64,000 nt of DNA from Antedon mediterranea (lineage: Eukaryota; Animalia; Echinodermata), in assembly GCF_964355755.1 (NCBI RefSeq), contig NC_092675.1, positions 1,173,812-1,237,811 on the forward strand. Direction: 5' to 3'. Below the pieces are notes generated by a model, which worked only from the letters and a program-made list of their open reading frames with translations, ran no database searches and had not been told where the DNA came from. Position 1 is the stretch's first letter, and each line of letters opens with the position of its first letter. The translations under genes and the position numbers were made by a program. Of the stretch, positions 51,301 through 64,000 are shown in pieces.

Positions 51301-54300
51301 TGGTAGCGTTTGTTAATTTGTTTTTTCTTCCTCAGGTGTAACTTGTCACTATCGTAATGGTTTACCTGTTTTGCTGGTTCCTCTGCCTTCTCGACAAGAG
51401 CTATGCCAGTTCACATTGAAACCTATTACAGAGAACGTGGGCGATTTCATTAACCACTTAAAGCGTGAAGATGGTGGTGTGGAGACTGTTGCTGTCTATA
51501 GTAATGGTAAGTTAATTGATAGAAATTAAGAGGGCTTTTACAGCACTAGCCACTATTCATCAATAATTGAAAAAAGATGTAGGAATTAAAGGGCAAATCC
51601 AATGTCCTAATGCAATGGTCAAAGGCTGATCCTAGTTTAGCACTCTTAATGGGCCCTCCAACACTGGGTAGTCACATTGAACTCTCATACTCTGGGACCC
51701 CTTAAGCTTGGTATTCACATTGGACTCTCATACTCTGGGGCTCTCCAACACTGGGTAGTCACATTGGACTCTCATACTCTGGGGCCCTCCAACACTGGGT
51801 AGTCACATTGGACTCTCATACTCTGGGGCTCTCCAACACTGGGTAGTCACATTGGACTCTTATACTCTGGGGCCCTCCAACACTGGGTAGTCATATTGGA
51901 CTCTCATACTCTGGGGCCCTCCAACACTAAGTAGTCACTTTGTACTCTGGGGCTTCTTAAGCTGGGGGTTTAGTCAGTCAGCGCTGATTGACGTTACGCC
52001 ACTGGGCATACCATTTTCCTAATATAGAAACTATGATGGAATTTCTGCAGCACTCTCTCTATTAGATACAGTAGAAACTAGTGACGATACAAGGTAATAA
52101 AAGTTGTTCTTAATGAATTAGTGACTGAAACAAGATAGCCTTGCTTATGATTCCTAAACCTGCAACTTGTACACACAGTCTAGAAATCTAATTGAATTTT
52201 AGTTTCTCTGATATCATTACTATCAGACAAACTAAATTATGATTATAGATTATACGAGAAACATAATGCTAAAATAACATAACCTACAGTGATGATAAAT
52301 GATGTTAATTGATGTAATATCGCAAGTGTATGGAATTTGATTCTGGTAATAGTAATGAACTCTGCATGTAACGATCAGTTGTTCAAATTTTATGTTTGCT
52401 GTCAGTCAGAGCAACATAACAACATTATGTACAGAGTACCATTGTGCATGTTTACACTGTTTAGGAGTACTTTGAGGTTTCTAAATATGAAAAGTACAGT
52501 ATTAGAACTTAGTGAATTTATAACTTATTTAAGCTTGGTTCCCACTAGAACGTAACGCAAGGACGTAAACGCAATCACAAGCGTTTTAACCAATGACAAG
52601 CGAAGTTATAGACAGTAAAGCTTGGTTCCCACTAGAACGTAACGCAAGGACGTAAACGCAACGCAAGCGTTTTAACCAATGACAAGCGAAGTTATAGACA
52701 GTAAAGCTTGGTTCCCACTAGAACGTAACGCAAGGACGTAAACGCAATCACAAGCGTTTTAACCAATGACAAGCGAAGTTATAGACAGTAAAGCTTGGTT
52801 CCCACTAGAACGTAACGCAAGGACGTAAACGCAATCACAAGCGAATAAGCCATAGCTTGTGATTGGTCAATTCACTTGCGTTGCGTTACGTCCTTGCGTT
52901 GCGTCGCTAGTGGGAACCACGCTTTAAACTGTGGCATTATTTTGTATCAGTAAGTTTGCTCAGTTGTACAATTTTGTTAAATGCTGATGTTAACTGTCGG
53001 TATAATGTTTGCAACATTATGTAGCAAGGTCCCCTGGCAATATAATCGGTCGTACGATATTAAATATTGTTCCCTTTCTATTTATACATACAGTACTGCA
53101 GTGCAGTTTAATATAACTCCTCAAATCTAACCTTTTTAATTTCACTTTTATTTTATTCTTTTGCTCTTTTCTGTTGATATATAAAATATAAATTTTTAAA
53201 AATATATTAAATTTTATTATTAATATTGAAATATAATACTGTAGGTTCTGTCATATCATGATATTATGCACATTTTAAAATCTTTACTTTAACAAAAGAA
53301 TCTTTATTGCTTAAATTTTAAAATTGCTAGAGACAGGAATGTCTTTATGAGCTAGTTTTCCTGAAATACCACCATTCAGAGCTACATTTCTTGACAATCA
53401 CAATATATCATGATAATACAAAATACCCATACTGTGACATGAACACTGTTTATTAAAATCTATACTCTGTGTGAAATATCTCAATATAACCCAATAATAA
53501 TTTGCCAAGTTAATCAGACATGATATACTTTACTTTGTGATTGATTTAGAATAAATGGTGTCTGTACTGTGGTTTGTAATATCATGCTAATGATATGTGC
53601 TACAGTACTGTATGTTGTATATAAGTTGATTTGTATTTTACACTTGACAGATTGCAGGTTATAGTGCTGTTCATTGCATTTGTCACTGTGGTTGGTGGCT
53701 ATTTGCAATGTTTACAGCGTTCGCGACCCTGGCTCGCGTAGATTTTTATTTAAAGTACTATAGAAAGCTAATTGTGTTGACTAATGTCAAAATTAGATGT
53801 TGGTGAAAGGAATCATGAAGAGAATGTGTGTGTATGTTTGTCCACTATACAAAATATTAAATATCAAACAACAGTATCCATACACATGGGGTATCAATAT
53901 GAACAGAATTGTACTACTGTATATGAAGATTTGACTCATTTTATACCTATATAAGATAGTGTAGTAGTAGTCAGTGGTTAACATTCACTGGTTTCCAAAA
54001 GCATCAAATCCTAGCATTGCATACATACTTGTAGGCCTACTGTAAATATATTAAATAAAGCACAATTTTAGTAGACATTCGAGTCAAGAAAATGTCCGAA
54101 GTCATTTCTAAGTAGCTTTACAAGTTACACAATGGACTGGTGGTTTGGAGTGTGGTTGTGATGCTTGGCTACCAATCCAACAGTCCTGGGTTCTAATCTA
54201 ATGACAAATTACAACTCTTTATCCCAAAAACCTGAAATAAGACTTTGTTTATGTAGAGCATCTTGTGTATACGTTTGTCTTGTAAACAGGATTGCCACCT

Positions 54301-57300
54301 TTAAGAAGGATTATGAATGAATTCGCTTATGGATCTTACAATTTGCCTAAATATATAAAAACGAAAATAAAATCAAAAACACATTGTAGTCATCATTACA
54401 TCATCACCATACCAACTACAGAATCATGTTTTTTTTCCTTGATTGACCAAGAAATTAAGCAAAGTACCAGCTACAAAATGCCTCTGCATCATCACTATGT
54501 TAAAGACAACAGAAAATGAATGGAAGAAGATATCATTAGTCATTATAATTAATAAAATGATTGATTTTTAAACTACTTTAATGCATCCAATTAAACTTCA
54601 TAACATTCATTGGAAATGCTTGTTAATCATAATGAGAAGTTTATTACGAAGATGCTTGTTCATATCAATAAAAATAAACTCTTAATACCATTAAAAAACA
54701 TCTTCAGGTCGTCATTTTTTTATTCTAAAAATAATTCTTTTTATGGTTGGACAAAACTAAATATGCAATATAAATAAAGCAATAATTTCTTCAGATGTAA
54801 CAACGTTACAGGGCTTTCATACATTCTAATTATGATATTAGGCCCTTTTTAGAGCCTCTAAACATCAACTTAAAGATTACGTCTGTATGCGCACACATAT
54901 GCAAGGTCCCATGCTAATCAGATCATCTTGCTTATAGAATATTAAATTAAACCAATGGGAGGCCTTCATAATGCACTGTACAGTACTTCAACTGGATTTC
55001 AGCCGAACATCTTTTATCAAGTGTATTTTAATGTCATTTATGTTTACTGTTTATTAGTGTTTTGTACATTCCAAAAGATGAAATATTTCGCCATTTAAGA
55101 TAATTGTTTATGCTAGCCAGAAAGATAGGAATTTGTTGGCCCAATGTTTTATCAAGATAGGCAACATTAGTTTTGTAATAGCACTAAATATATAACACCC
55201 AAACTTTTTCCTCTACCCATAGCCATAAGAAGACATGAATATTTGAACAACTGACGATCTTGTTCTCAATTCTTTCACCCAGGGTGGTGATTGTCAAAGT
55301 GTCTCCTAATACAACTAATAATATCAGAGACATTATGAAAGCAAATTAAGATTTTTTGTCTATTTTAAAAATGAAATATTTTTAAATCATCATACTGCAG
55401 TACTGTTTGTTATCTCATAAATATACGTCTTATTATGTGAGAATACACTGTATCATATTTTACCATAATTTTTCAGTAATTATCATCTTTTTCAGATGGC
55501 ATTAAGATTGCAAAATCAACAAGTATAGACGTATTGATGAAAGACAATTTTCAGCTTAAGATCAATGAAAATTCTTTTGAAGTCAGTCCACCAGAAACAG
55601 GTATGTGGCATGTCACTGTATGCATAAGTTCTGTCTACATTATCAAACTTTATGTGACAAAAAAATGATGTCATATCACTACCATATTTGGGCACATCAC
55701 ATTTTTTTGTCACATAAAGTTTGATAGAACTTATGAATGCTTTATTATGCTCATGTTTATAAAGAGAGTCGGAGAGAGATAAAGAATTTCGCTCTTAAAT
55801 AGCAAATATTTGATATTTAAACTCTATGACATTGTCTTATTTTAACAGTTTGAAATCAAGCCATTACAGTGATGATGTATCCATTTACATTGCAATGAGA
55901 CCTACTTAGAAGCTACATTATGCAGTTGAATGAATAGAGAGTTTGAATAAATATTAATGGATTTTGAACCACAGAGAATAGCAAATAGTTCATGCTTCTC
56001 TAGCAGCCATACCGATGTCCTTGCATTAGACCCCATGCCCATTAACAATAATTATTACCAGGGTAGCCTGTATTTTAGTGGCGCTGTGGCTTGGTGGTTG
56101 ACATTCTTGCTTACTAATCCAAGGGTCTTTGGTTCAAATCCTGTTACGGTTCCAGAATTATTCTGATGTGATACATGACACTACCTAAGCATCATATGAG
56201 ACTTAGACATCGTTATTAACAACTTTAAAACCTTTGGAACTAGAGATCGGATTGAAATAATTTATTTTTATTCGGATGTGTAATATTTATTTTCAAAGTA
56301 AGTTGTAATCTAATAAATGATTTTTCAGACTTCCGACCGTTTCCTCCTGAGAGCGTATTATATGAGGTTTAGAACAAATGGGGTTGGACATTGTTATCTT
56401 TATTAGTTCATTTGAATAAATATCAATTAATGTTGTCTTTGTTTGTTTTTTCATTGTAGTTGCTGCAGTTAGTGAGGATAGTACTAATCTGTCTGATGTA
56501 AAGTCTATGGTATATCAGTTGTATTCATCACTACATGTGGAAGAATATCAACTAAACCAAGAAAAGAAACTTGTCCAACATCTTGAAGATCTTAAACTTG
56601 AACTTCAACCTCTTGAGAAGGTATATTTCATTTTCATTTCATTTAATTCATTTCGTCTTTTTATAAATAATAAAAAAACAGGTCACAAGGTACAGGGCAC
56701 TTTAGGGGGTAGACGGGTTTGTCAAAAAGTGAAACAAAGCACTATTGAGTGACTCTCCGACCCCCTAAAGTGTAAAAATTAAATAAACTTAAATACAGAG
56801 AAATTGAAATAGTCCTCAAAATTGATGATGTCATCAAAAAAATATCGACAATCATTTTTTTATATGAACTATCTATAACAAAAACAATTATTAATATCCA
56901 AGTATGCAATGAATGATAATTAAGATAAAAATCAAGCGCAAGTCTTTATTTAAATCATTGTTTGAATATTAAAAATCTATTTCAAAACTACAAATTGATG
57001 GTCTAAATATTTTTGGCAATTTTTCTTGAGAATTAAACATTTCAATTGTTCAATTATATAACCTTTTGAGTTTTAATTGTCTGCACTGCATTTACTGTAC
57101 CTTGTTCACTGTCTCTAAAGATTTAGTTTTTAGTGTGACGGAGCGATGTCGAACTCATAAACACGTTCTAAATTTTATTTTATTTTTCAGATTAAATTGG
57201 AGCTTGATATCCGTGCATCAAAACGAACAAACCTTGTGATCTGGGGCGGACTGGGGTACATGGCACTACAGTTTGGTCTGTTAGCGCGGCTAACTTGGTG

Positions 57301-58646
57301 GGAATACTCTTGGGATATTGTTGAACCAATCACATATTTTGTTACTTATGGCTCGGCTATGGCTTTGTATAGTTACTATGTACTTACAAAAGAAGTAAGT
57401 CTGATAGTACATTTTGATTGGTTACAATTTTATTGCAATATCAATATACTGTGGGTACCTTCTCCTTATAGGAAACCATTAAGACCCAAAATTAAGTGAA
57501 CCCTGAGTTTTATACCCATGCCTAAACCAACCAATTTTTGGACCATCTCCTTGAATAATTTATTCTATTGAATAATATTTTTATATTAACTTTACATTAT
57601 TATCGAAGAAAAAAGTAGGAGATTCTTAAATTTTAAGACAATGTCTGTTCAAATTTCAGCTAACCAAAAATGGTTAAAACATGGCAATCAAGTATGTTAA
57701 CCATTTAATTAATTGGCAACTTCATTTATCAATATTTCAAAATTGTTTAATTCAACAAAGAGATATTATATTCAAATGATTATTCCATATTCTAGACTGA
57801 CAAAAACTTGCTTGTTTGTAAACTGTAAAATATTAATATTTGATGCTTCATATCTCACTTATTTTTTTGTAAAAAGATTAATTCTAGGTTGGGTTATGCA
57901 TTTGATGAAATAAGTGTTTGGTATCTATGGATGGGCAAGCATGTTAACAAACATTCTGCATTGCAAATAATGATAATTGATTTGATGTTTCAGGATTACA
58001 CAAACCCTGGTGCTGCTGATCGTCAGTATTTAAAGTTCTTTCATCGATTTGCTAAAAGGAAACAGTTAGACATAGCAACATACAACAGCCTCAAGGATAA
58101 AGTAGCACAAGTGAGAATTACATTACATTAGAACCCCTGCTTTTGGACCCCCTATTAAGGGACAATTTTAAAGTGTTATGAGCGAGGCTGCTTATATGTT
58201 ATAGCATTTCAGTTAACCCAGGGGACACGTTGTTATGTCCTGAAGGTGTACTCATCTACTGTGGGTTTTACTGTATTACTCTGTTTTAGGAGTTAAGCCG
58301 GTTTTCTGTTGTATGAAATGTCATAAAAATTAGAATCTACCTGTCACGTCACTCAGAAAGTTTATAATCGGAGGAATAGAATAGGAATAAAATATGATTT
58401 CCAGACCTTCTTATTGTGATTTTTCATGTTGGAAACAATATATTTCCACTGTGTACAATATATAAAATATTAAAAGGTTTGTACACCAATAAAATCTTTT
58501 GTGGTGGGGGGAAGTTCAAAACACCACATTTTTTAGCCTAATTGATGTGATTTTTTTAACAGGTGGAACAAGATCTTAGACGATTACGTGATCCCCTTGC
58601 TCTTCACCTTCCAATAGCTCCTCCTCTCCCACAAGTTGAAGAATAA
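39377..58646 (+). CDS. MCU: mitochondrial calcium uniporter, pore-forming subunit
   Basis: Exons 39377-39451 (start exon, less certain), 41324-41387, 51336-51506, 55496-55600, 56460-56620, 57191-57394, 57994-58110, 58563-58646. Motifs: [63 protein letters not shown] (TM1-filter-TM2) and DLRRLRDPL. Confidence 0.93.
40899..41233. mobile_element. Tc1/mariner-pogo-type MITE with TA target duplication and an internal 41-bp tandem expansion
   Basis: TA|CAGTCAACTCTCCCAATACCGGAC ... GTCTGGTATTGGGAGAGTTGACTG|TA. Confidence 0.8.
41026..41228. repeat. 41-bp tandem repeat, ~5 copies, inside a MITE
   Basis: Unit CACATTTGGCCAGCCCAAAGGTGTCTGGTATTGGGAGAGT. Confidence 0.93.
41400..41705 (-). mobile_element. 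tRNA-derived SINE copy
   Basis: Shares AAATTGCACATGAGCTAGAT...AGAACCATG...GTTATGGCTACGTAATT with 34180-34385; B box GGGTTCGAGGCTC on the minus strand. Confidence 0.65.
42321..42503. mobile_element. palindromic MITE family 2 (Harbinger-like)
   Basis: AAGGATCTTTCACACCTG...CAGGTGTGAAAGACCCTT, an almost fully self-complementary hairpin. Decayed copies at ~10895-11045, 39685-39750 and 40655-40765. Confidence 0.78.
43015..43220 (+). mobile_element. SINE fragment with a conserved central domain (Deu/Nin-like)
   Basis: CTTAGGCAGGATGCTTTACCCCATTGCCTCGTCATTCGGATGGGATGTAAAACC resembles the central domains of tRNA-SINEs; recognised from memory, not searched. Confidence 0.4.
45812..46374. repeat. 32-bp minisatellite, ~17 copies, with TA-site insertion variants
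   Basis: Unit TTGTAGGTAGTTACTATTCACAGTAGATTACA. Confidence 0.95.
47134..50501. mobile_element. foldback-type non-autonomous DNA element, ~1.25 kb inverted arms, flanked by TA
   Basis: 47134-48390 is the near-perfect reverse complement of 49252-50501 (ends CTCTAGTAGCTAGATCAACTTTCG...CGAAAGTTGATCTAGCTACTAGAG), with TA immediately outside both ends. Each arm has an internal ~300 bp sub-repeat. The spacer is ~860 bp with no transposase ORF. Confidence 0.88.
51645..51955. repeat. 44-bp minisatellite, ~7 copies
   Basis: Unit GGACTCTCATACTCTGGGGC(C/T)CTCCAACACTGGGTAGTCACATT. Confidence 0.9.
52531..52924. mobile_element. MITE family 3 (TIR AAGCTTGGTTCCCACTAG) with its left ~87 bp tandemly repeated
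   Basis: Left TIR at 52531, 52618, 52704 and 52791; a single right TIR CTAGTGGGAACCACGCTT. Confidence 0.8.
55626..55730. mobile_element. MITE family 1 copy
   Basis: AAGTTCTGTCTACATTATCAAACTTTATGTGACAAAAAAA...TGTCACATAAAGTTTGATAG. Confidence 0.7.
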
Positions 58647-60933
58647 AACTACTGGTAAATAACACAACAAACAAGATAGGCGTAAGAAAGATGGTAGAAC
58701 AAAATGGTGATCAGAACATATATAAATAGACTCAGGAAAACAACATGATATTGTACATAAAAATGCAGTTATGCTTGTTTATGTTTAAGAGAAACAGCCT
58801 GTAAAGATTTATTGCCAAACTTTGATTACAAATCTATTAATCCAATGCCTAGCTTACCTGGATAAACTGACATTATCCAGGTAAAAAGACTACAAAACAA
58901 AATAAAAGCTTGTTTGTGTTTTAGGATTTTATTTTAATTTTGTTGGTTTTTTTTTACTTGTTACTTTTTCTACTTGTTTCTTTTTCTAGTATAATAATAT
59001 ATAATTTATATAATATAATTAATTTTAGGCAATCCAAGAATTTTTTTTTTTATCATACATTTAGAACATTTTACAGTAATTTGTTTTCTCATATGACCCT
59101 CCATTCTGGAGTTATGATTTGTTATGATTTTTTAATTAACATGGTGTCTGAAAAAAGGTGTTATTTTTGGGGGTTTTTTTTACGTATAGCTAGTCATGAC
59201 GTTTGTCATCTCTGCAAGATGGCATCCATAAAATTTTTTGTTCAATTTAGGTTATTGTAGATTATTAACTGAATGATGAAATGTGTATAATATAACAAAA
59301 AATAATATAGATATAGAACAATTGAGAAGAAACAGTAAAATCTTTATATTATTTTGCTTAAAAGTACTTTAGTGTATAACTGCAAATATTGGTGTTATAA
59401 TGTGAACCAAAAAATACAAAATAAAATAAAATAATAAAAACATTTAAGGGGAAGTATTTTTATGGTGGTGGTTGACAAAAACAAGCAAGTAGCAATACAT
59501 TAAAGTACTCTTTGATAACATTTTTTGAAGCATATTAAATTGAGTTAATCCTGAGACTATACTAAAACAAATCAAATTTAGCATCGAGAAGTTGTGATTG
59601 GTCCAATACATTAATATAAAAAAATTAATATTTGTATTCAATAACGATAGATTCCAGAGGTAGAAAAACAGTATTTTATGTTCATTCCATAGTTTGATTG
59701 AAAGAATGTTTCTTAGTAATAATTTATGCAAAGCAAATAAATGGTGAGATGCAAGTGCAGAATATTGTGCACAAAAGAATATATTAAATAAGCAAAATGT
59801 ACATAAATATCACCAGAAAAAGAAAACGTATTCAAATTCTATTTCATGAATTAAATATCATATCATATATTTATAAAAAGACTGCTAGAATATTGTATTA
59901 CACATAGCAGGGAGTTGTTAACAACTCCCTGCACATAGCATAGTCTTGTATGTCTAATTCTGTTTCTAAATCACAATAGACTATTATACTACTTGATCTT
60001 TCCCACAACGATGCCGAATTTTCATGATAATTACTTGTATATGTATTATAATGTTTATTAATGTATTCTTTGAAATTATTAATAACTCAGTTTTGAATCA
60101 ATATTATATAGGTACTATAGGTTATTCAAATTGTAATGTAAATTTGCTACAGTAAACTAGAAGACTATATCCTTGAATTAAATTACTATTAAACTTACTA
60201 AAATATTTCAAATTTTTATATACAAATTAGAATTTATAAAAAATACTCGCGCTCCTCCTTTCAATCTTGCTTAGTAGTTTTACGGGATTATCGTCGCGTT
60301 CTATTGGTCCTGATGCGTGGATAGAATTAAATTTGACCAATCACGACGCATATATCATCTAAACTGTCGATTGTTATTGGTCAACTGCTTATTTCGTTGC
60401 TTTGGTTACGCAAGGACTAAGCGCAACGCAAGTGAGTTGAATGACAAAGACAAAAATTATATTAGTGAGCATGCGCGCTATGAAATAATATCAGTGAAGG
60501 TATAATAATGGTCGTTTTTTGTTTTAAAATTTATAGCGGCGTTTTCTTGAGACATTGTGCATATTTTTCAATTTAAACTGACTTGTATTTACTCACTATA
60601 AAGTGATGTTATTAGTCCTTACAACTAATTATATTTCTACGTTCTGTGTGTAAAGAAAAAAAACTATTAATTAAACTATTAATTTGCAAAACTTGACTTA
60701 AGATATTAATTACGTGCCTTTGTATTTAGGAATGGAATACTAAATTGTATCAGTTATTTTATTGTAAATTCTGCACTTCAATTTTTACATTTTGGTTTAG
60801 ATTTAATATTGCACTGTAAATTTGTAGAAAGTTAAAATTCGAAATATTTTCGAAATCTACATATAATATTCTATTTGTAATTATTAATCCGTGTTCTCTG
60901 CGTCAAGTGTTGATGACAAACTGGTGCTTTATC

Positions 60934-61071
60934 AAGCTTGGTTCACACCAGGCACACGCAACGCAATGACGTAAGCGCCACACAAGTAATTTGACCAATC
61001 ACAACCGATGAATTATTCGAACAGTCGCTTGTCATTGGTCCTTGCGTTGCGTCCTAGTGGAAACCAAGCTT
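60934..61071. mobile_element. MITE family 3 copy
   Basis: AAGCTTGGTTCACACCAG...CTAGTGGAAACCAAGCTT; internal fragments also at ~36110-36235 and 60300-60445. Confidence 0.72.
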
Positions 61072-61598
61072 TAGATCGTTTTTAGGAACTTTGCTGGCAT
61101 TTTGAACTGCTTTAAAATGCCGGCTTAGAAATGCTCAGAACAAATCATCTAAAATCTACAACCTTATTATGAAAGTACAATACTATCTATATTATATTAT
61201 CCGTACCATGTTATTGAAAACGGTTTTGTAATAATAATAATCTTTTATGCGACGAAAGTGGTCTAATGGTAAGGTGAATGTATATGAATCAGAATGTTCA
61301 AGTTCGATCCTCGGTTTGTTATGGAAGATTTGATATCTGTTTACGAATTCATAGTATGCTATAAAATAATACTGATTTTACTTAAATACTCTATTATACT
61401 GTATGTTGAAATAAACATTATAAACTTGTTAAACATTTATAAAATGTGTTCTTGTATAAATTGTGTACAGTACTTTAATTGAATCAAAATAACGTATAAG
61501 TTTGCCATTGTCATTTTACTCAATACATATTTATCACCAAACACAACTTAATAAAGTTAAAGAAAGCACTGATGAAAAAAGGTCTATTTGGTGGTGAC

Positions 61599-61635
<37 letters not shown>

Positions 61636-61749
61636 TTTATTCGGTCATCAATGTAAAAATAACCAGGAATGAGAATAGGCTAAAGCCCAAACAGATTCTG
61701 CACTCACTCTATTAGAATGGTCTCGAGACTATATGTCTGATTTTTATTG

Positions 61750-61900
61750 TACTGTTCTAATGATTTGAACATGTTTCAGATTGCACTGCTTATGTTCCGA
61801 TTGTCTACAAATACTTTGCCTTCTCTATTTTCAAAAACTGCTGAATGTCACACAGACATAACACTTAAGTTCGACAAATAATTTCATTCCTCCTGAGAAT
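61750..61900 (+). mobile_element. LINE ORF2 C-terminal remnant
   Basis: Translates as LNMFQIALLMFRLSTNTLPSLF...H.HNT, resembling the L2/CR1 ORF2 tail. Confidence 0.4.
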
Positions 61901-62248
61901 TCGTTATTTTAAGCCCGTCAACAAGTGTTTTGTAAGAAATTTATTTATTTATGATTCCATGAAAGTAAGTACAAAGCGTAGTACTACTAGGAAACCTATG
62001 CTGTAAGGTGACAAGAAGAGAGTTCTAATAACATGAAAATAAGAATTGTATTGATTAGCGGTACGTATTTATTCTTTTGTAGACTATTCGTGGGTTCACA
62101 ATAAGCCATGACACGTGACTATACCTTTGTTACTATGAAAGAAATTATACATTAATATCAGTAATTAAAAAGTGGCCAAAGCATTTTTGTAGTGTCGTCA
62201 CAGTATAGGCCTAAGGTAGGAGACGAACACAAACTTCATGAATCCACT

Positions 62249-63532
62249 ATGGTATTTGTAATTTGTCTGCTTGTTTTGGTAAACAATTTTGTTATCCAGA
62301 CATTTCAATGTGATACCGGTAAGTTTGAATATATTGTGATTGGAAATTGAAGAACGGTAATTGATACTGAACAGGTACGGTCGCTAAGGTAAAAATGAGA
62401 TCGTAATAATGATTATGTTTTTTTTTGGTATTGTAGATGTGGTGGATTGCTATTATAGCACAATGAAAATGTCAAGATTGTTCAATAGCAGCAGTCTATA
62501 CGGTCGTCATCTACATCAGACACCAGCTAGAAGTTTGATAGAATGTCAACAAATGTGCATGAATCATTATTCTAGTTGTACATACATCGCATATGATAAA
62601 ACCAAAGGATCATGTGATGTATTTACAACAGAAGGGCCAAATGATGTTTTTCCGTTCGCAAAAGATGTGTTTCTGTATGAACGTGTACTTAATAGCGACT
62701 GTACAGATGCTAAGAATCAACCAGGTGCCGTAAGTGGTGTTTATCTAATCCACCAGCCACCGACTAACGCATTTCTTACTTACTGTGACATGAGTACAGA
62801 TGGTAAAGCTTGGACAGTAAGTTTCGTTCGTATATTGGAAAAAACTGTTTGAAAAATGCGAAGATAATTGTAAATGTCCACCAAATTATTATAGGCAATG
62901 TACATGTACTGTATTAATGTCGGTGGACGTTGTCATACAATAGCTCAATTTTTGTAATGAAAATTTAATTTTAATATTTACATTTTACAAACTGAATTGG
63001 AAAGACCAGAGTCAACCAGGGTCAACCTTTCTTTCTTTGTCTTTCTTTCTTCATGTTTCTCTATTTCGTACTTCTTCTTTTAGTTCCGAATATGTATTTT
63101 TATAACATAATATTTCTCAACACATTGTGGTACAAAATATTATAAAAGACGGTTTAAGAGATACTATAGGCCTAGGGTTGATTTGTCTATTATTTATATT
63201 TTTCAGAAAAACATATTTTATAAGAATTGAATTGATTATATACATTTATAATACTCTATAGGTATTCCAACGGCGAATAAGTGGAACTATTGATTTTAAC
63301 CAGAATTGGGAAGCATTTGCTTTGGGTTTTGGCGATATTTGCGGTGAATTTTGGATGGGGAATGAGAACATTTATAGAATGACGTCATCCGATTCGTATG
63401 AATTACGTATTGATATGATTGATACAGAGGGGTCTAAACAGTATGCCGTTTTTAACCAATTTCGGATTGGAAGTGAATCAGACAAATATAGAATTCATTT
63501 GGGAAAGTTCATACGAAGCCGCTCCAGTTTTG
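62249..63532 (+). CDS. secreted fibrinogen-related domain (FReD) protein with an N-terminal PAN/apple-like domain, 3'-partial
   Basis: Exon 62249-62318 encodes a hydrophobic signal peptide (MVFVICLLVLVNNF). Exon 62437-62816 encodes SLIECQQMCMNHYSSCTYIAYDKTKGSC, then DC...SGVYLI...YCDMSTDGKAWT. Exon 63262-63532 encodes VFQRRISGTIDFNQNW...GFGDICGEFWMGNENIY...ELRIDM. Confidence 0.85.
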
Positions 63533-64000
63533 GTGAGGCTTTTTATGTTGTACTGAATGTAAATTGATTGATTTAGATTGTTAACATGTTATCAGAGAAC
63601 GGTCTAATGTCATAAAACCAATTCATACAGTTTAATATAACAAGTTATTTTTTAATTGCTTGACCTTAAAAGGTCTAAAATCCGAGCGCCGTCGATATGA
63701 CATAGTGTGTACAACAATTCAAAAAGAAAGCTGAGTTTTGTTGATGAGGATGATGATGACTAACTGAAATAACTGATTAACAATTTGTTTTTGTCATAAA
63801 ACAAACAATGAATGTTTTCGTCGTTCAATAAAGAATGATAATATTTTCATTGTTCAAAGATACAACTTTGTTTTGATTTGTTTTTAATTAATTTGTACTA
63901 CTTAGTTTTGTTATTTTTGTATTTTATAATAATGATGGAGTAAGAGCAGTTTTCTGTTTGGGCTTATGCCTATTACTTACTCCTGGCAAGATGAAATGTA

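Noticed and set aside
5521-52924. Regular 32-90 bp repeat arrays as CRISPR arrays
   Set aside because: Units are head-to-tail with no unique spacers, there are no cas genes, and the context is eukaryotic and mostly intronic.
56078-56150. tRNA gene (similar A/B-box sequences at ~9205, 54135, 61250)
   Set aside because: A cloverleaf cannot be completed; these are decayed SINE heads.

Overview
AT-rich, intron-rich eukaryotic DNA from an invertebrate metazoan (deuterostome/echinoderm-like is inferred only). Genes were assembled by hand from GT-AG exons. (1) The 3' part of an Enigma/ZASP-type LIM gene with three C-terminal LIM domains (+, <1-11268). (2) Three tandem AKR1A1-like aldo-keto reductases (-, 13262-25452); the most downstream copy lacks its last exon. 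(3) MICU1 (-, 30009-38201) head-to-head with MCU (+, ~39377-58646). (4) The start of a secreted PAN/apple + fibrinogen-domain gene (+, 62249->63532). Introns hold several MITE families, tRNA-head SINEs, LINE remnants, many minisatellites and a 3.4 kb foldback element with ~1.25 kb arms. The most unusual signal is a recurrent insertion at TA dinucleotides (TA->TAGGCCTA, TACAGTA, TACCGTA, TATA). It can be read directly by comparing homologous copies inside the window, including once within a coding exon. It resembles DNA-transposon excision footprints and clusters next to the MICU1/MCU promoter. No CRISPR or prokaryotic system is present. Exon coordinates were counted by eye and may be off by a few bases.
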